From a virus (lineage: Duplodnaviria; Caudoviricetes): a stretch of DNA of 44,471 bases. A program made the translations under genes and the position numbers. Numbering within the stretch: position 1 is the first letter of the stretch; each line of letters begins with the position of its first letter. Where the stretch lies: positions 1 through 44,471 of IMG/VR virus record IMGVR_UViG_3300037465_000103; one strand, 5' to 3'. The notes beneath the pieces are model-generated. The model was not told the origin of the DNA, ran no database searches, and worked only from the letters and a program-made list of their open reading frames with translations. Positions 17,986 through 27,761 of the stretch are shown piece by piece.

Positions 17986-18327
17986 TTAGCGACTACCGCG
18001 TTTTCTCTTCGCGCGCGGATTGGCCGCGGGGAAGATCGCCTTGTTTTCTCCCGGCTCGACAGCCTTATGCTCCGGCAAGCTTTCAGCCTTCTCTTCAGCC
18101 GATGTCGGGTCTGCCCCCGACGAATGATCGCCGGAGGCAGACGAGGCAAGCGGGGCCGAGGCTGCGGTCAACGAGGCATCCTTGATCAGGCCATACTTGC
18201 GCGCCGTGGCGTCATCAAGCGAACCGCCCGCGCCGACAAGTAGAAACGCGGCGCCAGGGTCGCTCTCTTCAACCACGCGCGAACGGGCGGAATTGAGATA
18301 GAGTCTGCGATCACTGATGAAAGCCAT
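17986..18327 (-). CDS. Hypothetical protein (post-capsid gene)
   Basis: 113 aa with GAGGA RBS, DRRLYL...VVEE.DP.AAFLL motif and a low-complexity ENKA tail. Confidence 0.7.
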   Translation of the reverse strand: MAFISDRRLYLNSARSRVVEESDPGAAFLLVGAGGSLDDATARKYGLIKDASLTAASAPLASSASGDHSSGADPTSAEEKAESLPEHKAVEPGENKAIFPAANPRAKRKRGSR

Positions 18328-18336
18328 AAATCCTCG

Positions 18337-18870
18337 CTATGTTTGCGTTCCGACTTTCGTCCACGTGGGGGCAAGAGCGCTCCCCGTGTTGATGTAATCA
18401 ATCGCGTTGGTCACATCTATCAGCTTGCGGCCCTTCAGCGCGCCCCGGAATGTCGCGGTCACGCCCGGCGTCGTTTCGGCGATATCCAGCGTCGGCGCTG
18501 TGCCTGTGAGGGCGTTCGTATGGACGCTGAACGTCTCTTGCACGGCCAGTTTCGTCAGATTGCCGCCAGCGGTCAGCAGAACCGTGCCGATGCCGGCAGT
18601 GAGTGAACCCGCTGAAGCGATGAAACCATTCGTATTGATGTTCGCCATCGCATCAAGCGCGGCCTGAATATTGGCGAGCAACGTGGCGTTCGTGCTTGAC
18701 CACGTGATGGCGCCCGACACGAACGGGCCGAATTTCAGTTTGAACGTGCCGCCCGTTGGCGTGCCGCCGATGGTCAGCGTCCAGACCTCATCAGTTCCAG
18801 CGACAGGCGCGCCAGCGTTCCTGAGCGGCGCGGCGTTGGAGTCTTCGATCACGTTTTGCGTTTCGATCAT
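18337..18870 (-). CDS. Capsid decoration-like protein
   Basis: 177 aa after the major capsid gene with AGGAG RBS. T/G-rich, with GTPTGGTF.L and YINTG...PTW motifs. Confidence 0.65.
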   Translation of the reverse strand: MIETQNVIEDSNAAPLRNAGAPVAGTDEVWTLTIGGTPTGGTFKLKFGPFVSGAITWSSTNATLLANIQAALDAMANINTNGFIASAGSLTAGIGTVLLTAGGNLTKLAVQETFSVHTNALTGTAPTLDIAETTPGVTATFRGALKGRKLIDVTNAIDYINTGSALAPTWTKVGTQT

Positions 18871-18898
18871 TGATTGCTCCTATTGATTCTTGCGAGGC

Positions 18899-18953
18899 GC
18901 GTCCGGCGGTTGGCGCCCCCGACTCCCTTTGCTACACACCAACCGCCGGACGC
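18899..18953 (-). terminator. 15-bp perfect stem-loop downstream of the capsid gene (stabiliser/attenuator)
   Basis: GCGTCCGGCGGTTGG (18899-18913) pairs with CCAACCGCCGGACGC (18939-18953), 25-nt loop, no U-tract. Confidence 0.5.
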
Positions 18954-19014
18954 TTCGGCCAGACAAATGGGGGACTGGCAATCTCAATTGCCCATACGGG
19001 CGTTGAATGCGTCA

Positions 19015-20301
19015 TCAAATGCCAGTGGCAGTTCCGAACGCCGCTGCGCGATAGATCACCAGACTGATTCGCCCAGTCACGCGGATCGTTTGCTTGACCT
19101 TGATGAAGTCGTCATTGATCAGACCGACCTCAACGCGAATCTGCCGCTTGCGGTACAGCTGCGAGAACAGCATAAAGTCGCCGGTCAACCCCGTGCCTTC
19201 GCTGATGGCCGTGGTGGGAACAACGGGCTTGCCCCACATCCGCTCCGGCCCAGCTTCGGCGGGACTGCCCCACAGGTAATTACCATTAGCGTCTTTGAGC
19301 AGGCGCACTTCCTGCCAATCATTGGGATGAGTGATGATCAGACTCGGCTCAACGAATCCTGCGCCGCCGCCGCCGCGCAGTTTAGTGATGAGCTTGTACC
19401 ACGCGTCAGGAATCGGATCAGCGCCCTTCGCTTGCGTCTGAAGCCCCGACTTGTTAAGGAAGCCAAGGATGTTCGGCGAGATGCCGTCGCCGTTAAGCAA
19501 CTGCGATTCTTCGCGCAGCCGGTACATCGTCACCAGACGGTTATCAATGATGGCCTGCGTGAATTCCGGGACTTCCAGTTGCTGTTCAGTGACGGGAATG
19601 TACGTGCCGATCAGCTCGACGGCCTGCGACCGCTCAGTGTAAGCCAGCGCGCTCTCAGGAATCGCCGCATTCTCCGCCGTCTCCACTGCGGCGTTGGTAA
19701 AGGTCGTCTCCTCCATAAACCGGATGGAGTCGAGGTCGGTAGGCGTCTCAGGGATGTAATCCTGAATCACCACGCGGCGCAGCGCGAACGGGACAACGAT
19801 GTCTGTGCGGTCGTTCGCGGGCGCGAAACCGGCGGCGCGCGTCATTGTCGTCTTTACGTCGTGCTCGACTTCGGCGCCAAAGCGGGTGTCCGCGCCGAAG
19901 CCTGACTCTCTCGCGGCCCGATACTGTTTCGTCTCGGTGAAGAGTTCGCCGAGCGTCTTGCGCGGGCCACGGTCGTCGCGGAGGCCATCGGCGTCTTGCG
20001 GCCTCATCGCGAAGGGCGGGCGCTTGACGGATTGCTCCGCGTGATCTGCGGCGGACTTGGCGTCGGAGGCGATCTTCTCGACCTCGCGCTGGGCGTCCAG
20101 AGCCTTGCCGATGTCGGTCAGTTCGTCGTTGCGTTTGCGAACATCCTCGATCTGCTCAACGGTGAAGTCATAGGTCTTCTGGCCTTCGACCTCGACGGTG
20201 TGCTCCTCGAAGATGCCATTCAGTTCTTTGCTCTTCTCGCGCAACATCTCTGTGAGTTGCGCGGCGTTCTTGCCTTTGAGCGGATTCACTACTTCGGGCA
20301 T
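19015..20301 (-). CDS. Major capsid protein, HK97 fold
   Basis: 428 aa with N-terminal coiled-coil delta domain and EESQLLNGDG..PNILG, HPNDW, KDANGNYLW motifs. Confidence 0.95.
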   Translation of the reverse strand: MPEVVNPLKGKNAAQLTEMLREKSKELNGIFEEHTVEVEGQKTYDFTVEQIEDVRKRNDELTDIGKALDAQREVEKIASDAKSAADHAEQSVKRPPFAMRPQDADGLRDDRGPRKTLGELFTETKQYRAARESGFGADTRFGAEVEHDVKTTMTRAAGFAPANDRTDIVVPFALRRVVIQDYIPETPTDLDSIRFMEETTFTNAAVETAENAAIPESALAYTERSQAVELIGTYIPVTEQQLEVPEFTQAIIDNRLVTMYRLREESQLLNGDGISPNILGFLNKSGLQTQAKGADPIPDAWYKLITKLRGGGGAGFVEPSLIITHPNDWQEVRLLKDANGNYLWGSPAEAGPERMWGKPVVPTTAISEGTGLTGDFMLFSQLYRKRQIRVEVGLINDDFIKVKQTIRVTGRISLVIYRAAAFGTATGI

Positions 20302-20345
20302 TGCTTGCTCCTTCGGCGCGCCATCACCCTCTTGCCGAGAGGATG

Positions 20346-21209
20346 CTACGCGGCCAGGGAAAGAGAATGAGTCAGGCGCAGATGGCGCGCGACCTCATTC
20401 AGGATTGCTTGCTGTTCGGCTTTGACCGGCGGAGCGGCAGGCGTCTCCTCGCTGGCTTCGGCTGATTTCCTGGGCTTAGGTTCGGCCATTGCGACCAGTC
20501 CGGCGAGTTCGTCGTGCGCCCATCTCATCGCGTCCATCGTCTCGTTCAGACGGTCGCAACAGTGTTGCAGGCGTTCGCGGCTCGCGGCGCTGATCACGCG
20601 GCCTTCTTTGGCCCTCAGTTCTGATAGGGATTTGATGCGCTCCGTGTACTCCGTCAGGCAGGCAAGCACCTCATCGGAGTGAGCGGCCAGAGGCAGACCG
20701 GCAGGCTGATCTCCCTTGACCGAAAGCAACGCGGTCGCCGGGTTCATCCCAACTAACACCGGCGACCATTCGTAAAGCTCGACTTCGATTAACTCCCGCG
20801 TGTCGCTCTCTTCGTCGTATTGAACCTTGACTGCGCGGTAGCCAATCGAGAATTCGTCAATGATGCCAAATTGGATGTCGCTGAAGGTCTCCTTGCCTCG
20901 CTGAGTGGTCAGGTTGAATTGGGCCTTGATGTAGAGGCCGCCCAGGTCTGTGAGTTGCGGCGGTAGCATTGGATCGCCCGGCGGAAGCTCACGAGCTTCA
21001 ACCGTGCGCGCGACCGGCATATCCCACTTGTGATACCACACGCCTTTCGGCAGCTTGCGCTTCAGGCTTTCAGCGAACGCGCCCGGACGAATGATGTCAT
21101 CGCCACGATCGCGGTTGCTGAAGACCGCGACAATGGCTTCAATAATCCCTTGCTGGTCGTCGGCGTTGACACCGGATGTTGAAAAGGCTTTTCGTTCGAT
21201 CTGTGGCAT
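20346..21209 (-). CDS. HK97-family prohead protease
   Basis: F.N.D.GDDII.PGAF, WYH, FSIGY and ELYEWSPVL.GMNP motifs. Confidence 0.93.
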   Translation of the reverse strand: MPQIERKAFSTSGVNADDQQGIIEAIVAVFSNRDRGDDIIRPGAFAESLKRKLPKGVWYHKWDMPVARTVEARELPPGDPMLPPQLTDLGGLYIKAQFNLTTQRGKETFSDIQFGIIDEFSIGYRAVKVQYDEESDTRELIEVELYEWSPVLVGMNPATALLSVKGDQPAGLPLAAHSDEVLACLTEYTERIKSLSELRAKEGRVISAASRERLQHCCDRLNETMDAMRWAHDELAGLVAMAEPKPRKSAEASEETPAAPPVKAEQQAILNEVARHLRLTHSLSLAA

Positions 21210-21220
21210 AGGCTTAAAAA

Positions 21221-21259
21221 GAAAAAAGCCCGGCAAACCCCTTTCGAGGTCTGCCGGGC
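21221..21259 (-). terminator. Intrinsic terminator-like hairpin with U-tract directly upstream of the protease gene
   Basis: On the minus strand, GCCCGGCAGACC..GGTTTGCCGGGC is followed by TTTTTTCTTTTT. Confidence 0.55.
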
Positions 21260-21342
21260 GCTCAACCCCGGCTGCGCTGTCACCCGTTACCAGCCAGCCA
21301 AACTATCAGGAGGTTCCAGTTTGATGAAGACCAAACCGCTAT

Positions 21343-21573
21343 TTATGATTCTACTCCCTGCGCGCCGGTTTGCGCAATATGTTTTGATGCTACATCGCGA
21401 ATCAGGGAGATTTTTAGCGCGGGACGCCATCTCACCGTGCGCTTACAGAGCAGGCATTCCATCGTCACGGCCAGCACGAAGCGCACTGCGCCGACGATCA
21501 GCGCGGCGTCTGTCTGCGCGCCGATGGGGGCGCCGCAGTGTTTGCAGCGGAAGATCAGTGTTTCCTGTTTCAT
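21343..21573 (-). CDS. Small Zn-ribbon (Mu Com-like) protein
   Basis: 76 aa with CKHC and CLLC. Overlaps the stop of the upstream gene. Confidence 0.55.
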   Translation of the reverse strand: MKQETLIFRCKHCGAPIGAQTDAALIVGAVRFVLAVTMECLLCKRTVRWRPALKISLIRDVASKHIAQTGAQGVES

Positions 21574-22169
21574 CGGAATTCAAAATGACAGTGGCAGTTA
21601 CTGCGACATTGCGAATCGCCAATCTGAGGCAACGTTCCAGCGGGTTGCCATCCGGTCGCCGCGTAGCCAACACAATCGCTACAGTGTTCAGCGGAGGAGA
21701 GAACTCTGCGCTCCTCGCTCATCCTCGCGTTCTGTTCGCGCGCCCTCACCTGATTCTCGTAGCTCAATCGAACCGCTTGGCCGTACATCTTCGCCCTCGC
21801 TCGTAGCTTGCCGTCGAGCGCGACTTCACCGTTTTCAATCTGTGAAGATAGGCGAGTCAAATAATCATATTGCGCGCGCACCGTTGCGCCCAGTCGCCCC
21901 AGCGTCGAAGGCGTCATCTTGCCGCCGTTCGCCAGCATCGCAGCCGCGCGATGGCCTGAGCGAATCTCCTCGCGCATTCGGAGCGTCCACTCCGCCGTAT
22001 TGATCTTGCCCCCGATGAGCGCGTCTGTCGCGTCGCCGATGCGTCGCTTCGACGTGTCAATCGCCGATTGCAGGCCCTCGCGGATGCGAGCGTCGGGCAC
22101 GGCGCGCCCGTTTGAGGCATAGATATAGCGCCGACGGGACTCTGACCAGTTGAACTTTGCTTTCGCCAT
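21570..22169 (-). CDS. Minor head morphogenesis protein (Mu F-like)
   Basis: QYDYL, RARAKMYG and AEHCSDC...GWQP.GTLP.IGDSQC..NC.C motifs. Follows the portal. Confidence 0.75.
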   Translation of the reverse strand: MAKAKFNWSESRRRYIYASNGRAVPDARIREGLQSAIDTSKRRIGDATDALIGGKINTAEWTLRMREEIRSGHRAAAMLANGGKMTPSTLGRLGATVRAQYDYLTRLSSQIENGEVALDGKLRARAKMYGQAVRLSYENQVRAREQNARMSEERRVLSSAEHCSDCVGYAATGWQPAGTLPQIGDSQCRSNCHCHFEFR

Positions 22170-22170
22170 A

Positions 22171-22464
22171 TCACGTGCACGGGGGACAGGTACACCACTT
22201 CGGAAAGCAAAACGACTTACACCTGCGATCCTCATCGCGGCCTTCAGGGTCGCAGTGTTTCATACATTTGCATCCCACCTGCCCCGGCTTCGGACGATGG
22301 GCGCAGGATTGCGTAGGCTCCTTGTGGCCGGGATTCCCCTCTTCTTCCTGCGCTGAGACCGCGTGGCAGCCGCGCAGAGCGTGATTGAGTTCCGGTCCGG
22401 CAACAAACCAGCCGAACGCGATCATCAGCGCGAAGAAAATGATCATTGCTATTTTCTGCTTCAT
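22171..22464 (-). CDS. Secreted/membrane-anchored cysteine-rich protein
   Basis: 97 aa with AGGAG RBS, signal-like N-terminus and Cys-rich C-terminal half. Confidence 0.65.
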   Translation of the reverse strand: MKQKIAMIIFFALMIAFGWFVAGPELNHALRGCHAVSAQEEEGNPGHKEPTQSCAHRPKPGQVGCKCMKHCDPEGRDEDRRCKSFCFPKWCTCPPCT

Positions 22465-22476
22465 AACATTCTCCTG

Positions 22477-23979
22477 CTACTCGACTTCTTCGGCGTCCAT
22501 CAGTCCGACAAGATCATCCGGCGCGCCTCGCTCCCACCAGTCGCGCGCCTCTTCGTCCGTGCCCGTGTCCATTTCATCAGGAAGGTATTTGAAGATGCGC
22601 CCCTTCCCGCCACGCGAGCGCGCAAGGGTGTCGCCATTGTCATTACCCTTATCAGGCTCGGCGCCCGCATCGGGATCATCATCAGCCTTCGACGCGCCCA
22701 TCGCCACGTCGAAGTAATAGACATCATCAATCACATCATCAACCGGTAATCCAGCCTTCGCCCGCGCCTCGCTCCGCTTGAGCCATCCAGCCTGAAACGA
22801 TTCATCGAGCCGCTTGTGGAGCGCATCCTGATCTTCCTGCAACGCTCTGACCTTGCTGCAGTCGACGCGAACCTCGCGCGTCGGCTCATCGTCGCGGCGC
22901 GCGCTCTGGCTGTCGTAGTCAGGCAGGAGTTGCGCGGTCAGTTCATCGGCGAAGTATTCCCATAAGGGCACGGCAAAGCCTTCGTAAGCCATCTCGACGG
23001 CCTGCGCGAAGTTCTCGAACGTGCCGTGCTCAAGCCCCGCGCCGAAGCCGAGCACGATGGCCGGAATGCCAAGCACGCCGGCGAGCCGCTCCTCAGGCAC
23101 GCGGCGCAGCATATCGAGATTCATATCCTTCGGAGAGAATCCGAACTTGACGACTTCAACCTCGCCCGTGAAGATGACCGGCTTGCCGCGTTCGTCGCCG
23201 CCAACTTTACGCATCACTTCGTCTTTGATCTTCTGCGTGTCAATGCGGACGCCGGGTTGCGACTTGGGGATTACGCCGAAGGGCGGGACGCCTGAGTTTT
23301 TAGCCATCAGCGCGGAGTATTGCGCATACTCGTTGTCGGTGAAGATTTCGCGCAGGAGCGCGCGGACGCCGGACATTCCGAGCATATCATCGGCAGGGTC
23401 AACGCCGTCGCGGAAGTGAATCACATCTGCGGGGTCAAGGTAAGAAGGCACACCATCAACGCGATATTCGTAATAGCTCACGAAGTCATCCGCGCTCTCG
23501 CGCTTCGGAGTGACCATCCAATGAGGCAGCCACCAAAGCTCTTTCACGCGCATCCCGTTCCGAGCTTTGAACCAATAGACGTTGCCGGAAAGAATCCAAC
23601 TCATCGCCGAAGCCTTCCACATCCGGGCGCCGGAGAAATAAGGATTCGGTCGGCGGAGTCGCCAGTTGAGAGGATGCTTAGGCAGGGGCTGGGGCTGATC
23701 GCCTTTCAGGTCATAAACGCAGAACATCGCCTGTGGTAGCGTGCGCCCTGCCCAGTTCACGGCCGCCATCACCAGCGACGATTGCGTCAGATCGCCGACT
23801 TCCTGGCGGTAATCAATCTGAGTGTTACGCAGGAACAGCCAGGGCGTGTTGATGCGGAAGGTGTCGTCCAGGTAGGTGTAGCCGCCGATGCCGCCATAGC
23901 GGGAGAAGGTCATCGCGGCTTTTTCGTCGCGGCGGGTGAGCGCGGCATATGCCGCGCCCAATCGCTCTTTCAAGCTCAT
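22477..23979 (-). CDS. Portal protein (HK97 family)
   Basis: HPL..LRRPNP, GNVYW, DVIHFR and G.SPKDM motifs. GAGGTGA RBS before ATG 23979. Confidence 0.93.
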   Translation of the reverse strand: MSLKERLGAAYAALTRRDEKAAMTFSRYGGIGGYTYLDDTFRINTPWLFLRNTQIDYRQEVGDLTQSSLVMAAVNWAGRTLPQAMFCVYDLKGDQPQPLPKHPLNWRLRRPNPYFSGARMWKASAMSWILSGNVYWFKARNGMRVKELWWLPHWMVTPKRESADDFVSYYEYRVDGVPSYLDPADVIHFRDGVDPADDMLGMSGVRALLREIFTDNEYAQYSALMAKNSGVPPFGVIPKSQPGVRIDTQKIKDEVMRKVGGDERGKPVIFTGEVEVVKFGFSPKDMNLDMLRRVPEERLAGVLGIPAIVLGFGAGLEHGTFENFAQAVEMAYEGFAVPLWEYFADELTAQLLPDYDSQSARRDDEPTREVRVDCSKVRALQEDQDALHKRLDESFQAGWLKRSEARAKAGLPVDDVIDDVYYFDVAMGASKADDDPDAGAEPDKGNDNGDTLARSRGGKGRIFKYLPDEMDTGTDEEARDWWERGAPDDLVGLMDAEEVE

Positions 23980-24004
23980 AGAAATCACCTCATCCTGTCC
24001 ATCA

Positions 24005-25345
24005 TTACGCAACAGATAAGATCGGAGTGTTCGCCGCCGCCTCCCACGCGAGGCAACGCGCAATCACTGTGTCATCATGTCCCCCCTCCGGCGCGGAAAA
24101 CGTCGCGCGCCCGGTGAGGCGTGAAAGCTTCTGTTCAAAGGCCAGCAGTTCCGCTTTAGCTACCGCATCGTCCAGCCATTTCGCTTCTTCCTTCTCGAAA
24201 CAAAGCGCGAGAGACCGGACAATCATCGACTTGCTGGCCGCCGTCGTGACGAAGGCCCGGAGCGGGAGCGAGGTCATCAGTGGCTTGATCTCCGCCTCAG
24301 ACGTTCGTAGTTTCAACGCGGCGCGGTCGTGCGCTGCGGCGCGCGCGAGGTCTTCATCATCCTCATCGAACTCGATGGCCATCTCTTCTTCCCATAGGGC
24401 TTCAAGGTTCGGGCCGCCGACCGAGTTGGCTTCGACCAGGATATCTTCCACCTGCCATTTCTCAGCCATTGCAACGAGCCGCCCGCGCTGCAACGACCAG
24501 GAGATTTGGTTGAAGCGATCAAGCTCCAATTCCCGCATGCAGGTCGCGCAAAAAACACAGAGAACGGTGAAATCCCCGATCTGCGCCCAATCAACGCCCA
24601 TCACCTTCCGATGACCGCGATGCTCGTCCGGGCGGGTCTTGACACTGGTGAGGCACGCCTCGACGTTGCGAAAGACCGCGCCGGCGTTTTGCACAAACAG
24701 TGCCTCATATTCCTGCTGGAATGTGAGTTCGGCTAGGTCGCGCTTGGCCATCTCGACTTCGGACGCAGGGATATAGGGATTGGTCAGCGTCGGACGTTGC
24801 CAACTCGCCCATAATTCGTCGGCTGGGTCTTGACCACGGTTGAAAAGATCAAAGTAATAATTCAGGCCGCGCGGCGTCGAGAGGAGCCATCCGTCGCCCT
24901 GGTAGTCGGTGAGTGTCGGGCGAATGATCGCCTGCCAGACCGTTTGTAGGTCGCGCACCATCGCCGCCTCATCAATCACCACACGCTTGTATTTGCGCCC
25001 TCGCGCGGTGTCTGGCCGATCCAAAGACCAGAACTCAAGAGCGCCGCCGGTGATCAATTCAATGCGCTTCCCTTGAGTATTCTTCGCGGCGATAACCGGC
25101 TTCAAGAGCCGGTTTGTCGTGCGCCAGACTTCCGCGAGCATCCGGTAAGTCGGCGTGAAGTAGGCGACGGGGAACGCCCTCAACGCTGGTTGAGCGAGCC
25201 GATCTACGGCCAGCATCGTCTTTCCCCAGCGTCTTCCACATGTTACAACCGAGAATCGTCGCGCGTTGGCGATGATCTCGCGCTGGCCCGGATGCGGGCG
25301 CGGAAGCTCAAGCCTGAGCGTTTTCGTCGGGCGGTTGCTCGACAT
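24005..25345 (-). CDS. terL: Terminase large subunit
   Basis: Walker A CGRRWGKT, Walker B VVIDEAA, LSTPRG, QEYEA.F, and nuclease GVDWA...HDD motifs. Confidence 0.95.
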   Translation of the reverse strand: MSSNRPTKTLRLELPRPHPGQREIIANARRFSVVTCGRRWGKTMLAVDRLAQPALRAFPVAYFTPTYRMLAEVWRTTNRLLKPVIAAKNTQGKRIELITGGALEFWSLDRPDTARGRKYKRVVIDEAAMVRDLQTVWQAIIRPTLTDYQGDGWLLSTPRGLNYYFDLFNRGQDPADELWASWQRPTLTNPYIPASEVEMAKRDLAELTFQQEYEALFVQNAGAVFRNVEACLTSVKTRPDEHRGHRKVMGVDWAQIGDFTVLCVFCATCMRELELDRFNQISWSLQRGRLVAMAEKWQVEDILVEANSVGGPNLEALWEEEMAIEFDEDDEDLARAAAHDRAALKLRTSEAEIKPLMTSLPLRAFVTTAASKSMIVRSLALCFEKEEAKWLDDAVAKAELLAFEQKLSRLTGRATFSAPEGGHDDTVIARCLAWEAAANTPILSVA

Positions 25346-25730
25346 AGACGACCTCAATCTTCTTAACGTCGGGGGTTTTCACTTCGTACCGCTCGCGGTA
25401 TTTCTCCGGCCTTCCTGCTTTGAGAATGAACATCAGCAAACTGTCGCTGTATTCGGTGATCGAACCGCATTCGACGCCCTGATAAAAGATGGGCTTTTGA
25501 ACGCCTTCATAGGCGCGCCGGCGAGCTTCAAATTCGAGATCATCAAGCGCCGCCTCGACGATGTTGTCCCACTGGTCTGCAAATTCCGGGTCTTCATCGC
25601 GCCATTCATAAGCAGTGGTTCGACCGATCTTTACCGCCTTACAAGCGTTCGCCACGTGGCCGTTGTTTTCAACTAAGACCTTCAGGAATTTCTCTACGCG
25701 GCGTCGTGTTCGCTTTGTGCGGTTTGCCAT
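25308..25730 (-). CDS. terS: Terminase small subunit
   Basis: HTH-like N-terminus (ACKAVKIGRTTAYEWR..DPEF), LE.EARRRA.EGV and YSD.LL.F.LKA.RPEKY. Directly upstream of terL. Confidence 0.85.
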   Translation of the reverse strand: MANRTKRTRRRVEKFLKVLVENNGHVANACKAVKIGRTTAYEWRDEDPEFADQWDNIVEAALDDLEFEARRRAYEGVQKPIFYQGVECGSITEYSDSLLMFILKAGRPEKYRERYEVKTPDVKKIEVVYVEQPPDENAQA

Positions 25731-25743
25731 TCGATTCTGTTAA

Positions 25744-26031
25744 TTACCTATGATGCTGATTGCGCATCGTCTCGCGGATCGCGGTCAACTCCTTCGTGAT
25801 CGCCTCCAATGCGCGGAGCGTCTCGCGCTGGCTTTCGGAGAGCAACATGTGATATTGCCGGATCGTTTCTACAAACTTATCAATCTCCGCCTTGCGCGCG
25901 GCTTGGGCTTCTTCGATCTGCCCTTTGACAAACGGCCAGACGTGGCACAGCAGAAAATACGCCGCGCCGCCCAAGCCTACGACCGGCAGGCCGAATTTAC
26001 TTAACAGTTCAACCCATTGATCTATCGTCAT
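25744..26031 (-). CDS. Holin-like membrane protein
   Basis: 95 aa, one N-terminal TM (FGLPVV) followed by coiled coil. Confidence 0.5.
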   Translation of the reverse strand: MTIDQWVELLSKFGLPVVGLGGAAYFLLCHVWPFVKGQIEEAQAARKAEIDKFVETIRQYHMLLSESQRETLRALEAITKELTAIRETMRNQHHR

Positions 26032-26276
26032 TGCTGCGAGGCGCGGTATTCGGCGATGTGGGCGGCCAGCGCATTACCGTTGCTTGTGAAAAGCTCTTCC
26101 GCCCGGTTGAAAATCGTGGTGCGGTCGAACTCGCTCACGCTCTGATCTTCCAGCAGGAACGCAAGGCCGATGCTCGCAAGGAAACTCATCAGGGCCAGCC
26201 ATTGCGCGGGCGTCAGACTCGTATGAGTCGCCAGAAGCTCGCGCGCTTCATTCGCTGTCAATATTCGTTCAGCCAT
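26028..26276 (-). CDS. Hypothetical protein with hydrophobic segment
   Basis: 82 aa with GAGGT RBS, coupled to neighbours. Confidence 0.55.
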   Translation of the reverse strand: MAERILTANEARELLATHTSLTPAQWLALMSFLASIGLAFLLEDQSVSEFDRTTIFNRAEELFTSNGNALAAHIAEYRASQQ

Positions 26277-26905
26277 TCGATTACCTCAGGAGAGTGAAAA
26301 GTCCGTATTACCGCGCCAGTAAGATGCGGCTGCAAATCTGCCCCTTCGTCGCTTTCACGGGTTGAGCGTAGAGGACATCCTTTGCTGTGGGCGTTAATAG
26401 TGGAAGTCGCTGGCGCCGGAGTCGGCGTAGGTGCAGGCTTCGCCGCTCTGACCAGTAGCACGACGCTTGAGAAGGCGTCATAAGCCGCGTTGATAACCGC
26501 CCGCCATTCCGCGCGCGCCCTTTCGTCTTTGATCCGCGCGGAGCCGTCGTTGATCCGGGCGAGCAGGTAAGCGCGCGTGTCTGTCGCCAGCCGCAGGATG
26601 TCGGCCTTCGCGTTCCCGTCAAAGACCTCATAGCCCCTGGCCTTCTTCTGGAACTCGAGGGCCGCCGTGTTGATGTCGTAAAGGACGATTGAGACCTCTT
26701 CCGCTTCTTCGCCGTCAATCGCGCCAACGAGAAAAAAGCGATAGGTTACTTCGTCGGCTCTCGCCGTCGCGTTCGCCACGCGATGAAGCGCGCGCGCAAT
26801 CTCCCGCAGGGTGTCTTGATTTTCCTTGGGACAAGCGCACAAGCAGAGGGTTATGGCGAATACGATGAACGTGAGAGTAATGCGTATCACTGTTTGCTGA
26901 ATCAC
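26258..26905 (-). CDS. Putative lipoprotein
   Basis: 215 aa, hydrophobic N-terminus ending LCAC (lipobox-like), helical body. GGAGG RBS. Confidence 0.6.
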   Translation of the reverse strand: MIQQTVIRITLTFIVFAITLCLCACPKENQDTLREIARALHRVANATARADEVTYRFFLVGAIDGEEAEEVSIVLYDINTAALEFQKKARGYEVFDGNAKADILRLATDTRAYLLARINDGSARIKDERARAEWRAVINAAYDAFSSVVLLVRAAKPAPTPTPAPATSTINAHSKGCPLRSTRESDEGADLQPHLTGAVIRTFHSPEVIEWLNEY

Positions 26906-26925
26906 AAATCCTCCGGGTCAAACGC

Positions 26926-27761
26926 TCACTGGATTACCAGTTCGGTGGAATTCGCAGTGATGCCGCTTGCTGAAACAATCACGGTAACCTGACCTGCGCC
27001 GGCCAGGCTTTGAGGAATGACGCAATTGATCTGATCCAGGCCGTCGAGCGACGGACGCGGGGCGCGCCAAGTCCGCGAAATCCGGTTCCAAACAAGACAA
27101 GATAATTCGGTCGCGTTGGCGTGCCGGTTGAGACAGGGATTGGCCGGCCTTGCGCGTCTGTCACGGCAAAGTAAGTTCTGCCGTCGAACGTTGTGACCGC
27201 CGCCGCATATCCCTGCCCGTTTGCCGAAGCGGTGAAGATGCCGGGGTTGGGGTTGGCCTGAAAACCTTCAGATAGGTTCTGACCGCCGCTCCCGATCACT
27301 TGAATGCTCGACGTGCCGAAGAAGTCGGGCATCAGGAAATTGATCTGGCCCGGCGACACGTAGAAGAGAGGAACGGCTTGGCCGGATATGAGCACCTGAG
27401 CGCCGCCGAGCGTAGTCGGCAGTGGGCGGGTTGTCGCCGTCGCCGTCGTGGATGTCAGCGACTGGCCGGTTGCGGGGAAAATCGCCGCGATAGATGAGGG
27501 GGCCGCTGGCGCCGTAAATGACGCGGCGGATACCACGGTGAATGACGCCGATCCGCCTCCTCCTCCACCGCCTCCGCCGCCGGAGCGCAGATCGCAGGGT
27601 TTCGTATGCGGCGGGTTGCGCACACTTTGCGCTTCAACCGTAGGGGCCTTCGTCGCGCCCGCTATTGTTAAGCCGATGATCAGCGCAAGAAGTGTGAGCA
27701 AGAATGCCCATAAGACGATGGGCCAAAGAATCAATTTCAATTCGTCTTTCGCTTTCATCAA
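26926..27761 (-). pseudogene. TIGR03437 (Solibacter C-terminal domain) family protein with internal deletion/frameshift near 27060
   Basis: VVSAASF, LPTTLGG..V, PLFYVSPGQINF, PGIFTA and LVLFGTG motifs. The conserved end GLDQINCVIPQSLAGAGQV...IQ* lies in another frame and stops at 26926. Confidence 0.8.
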
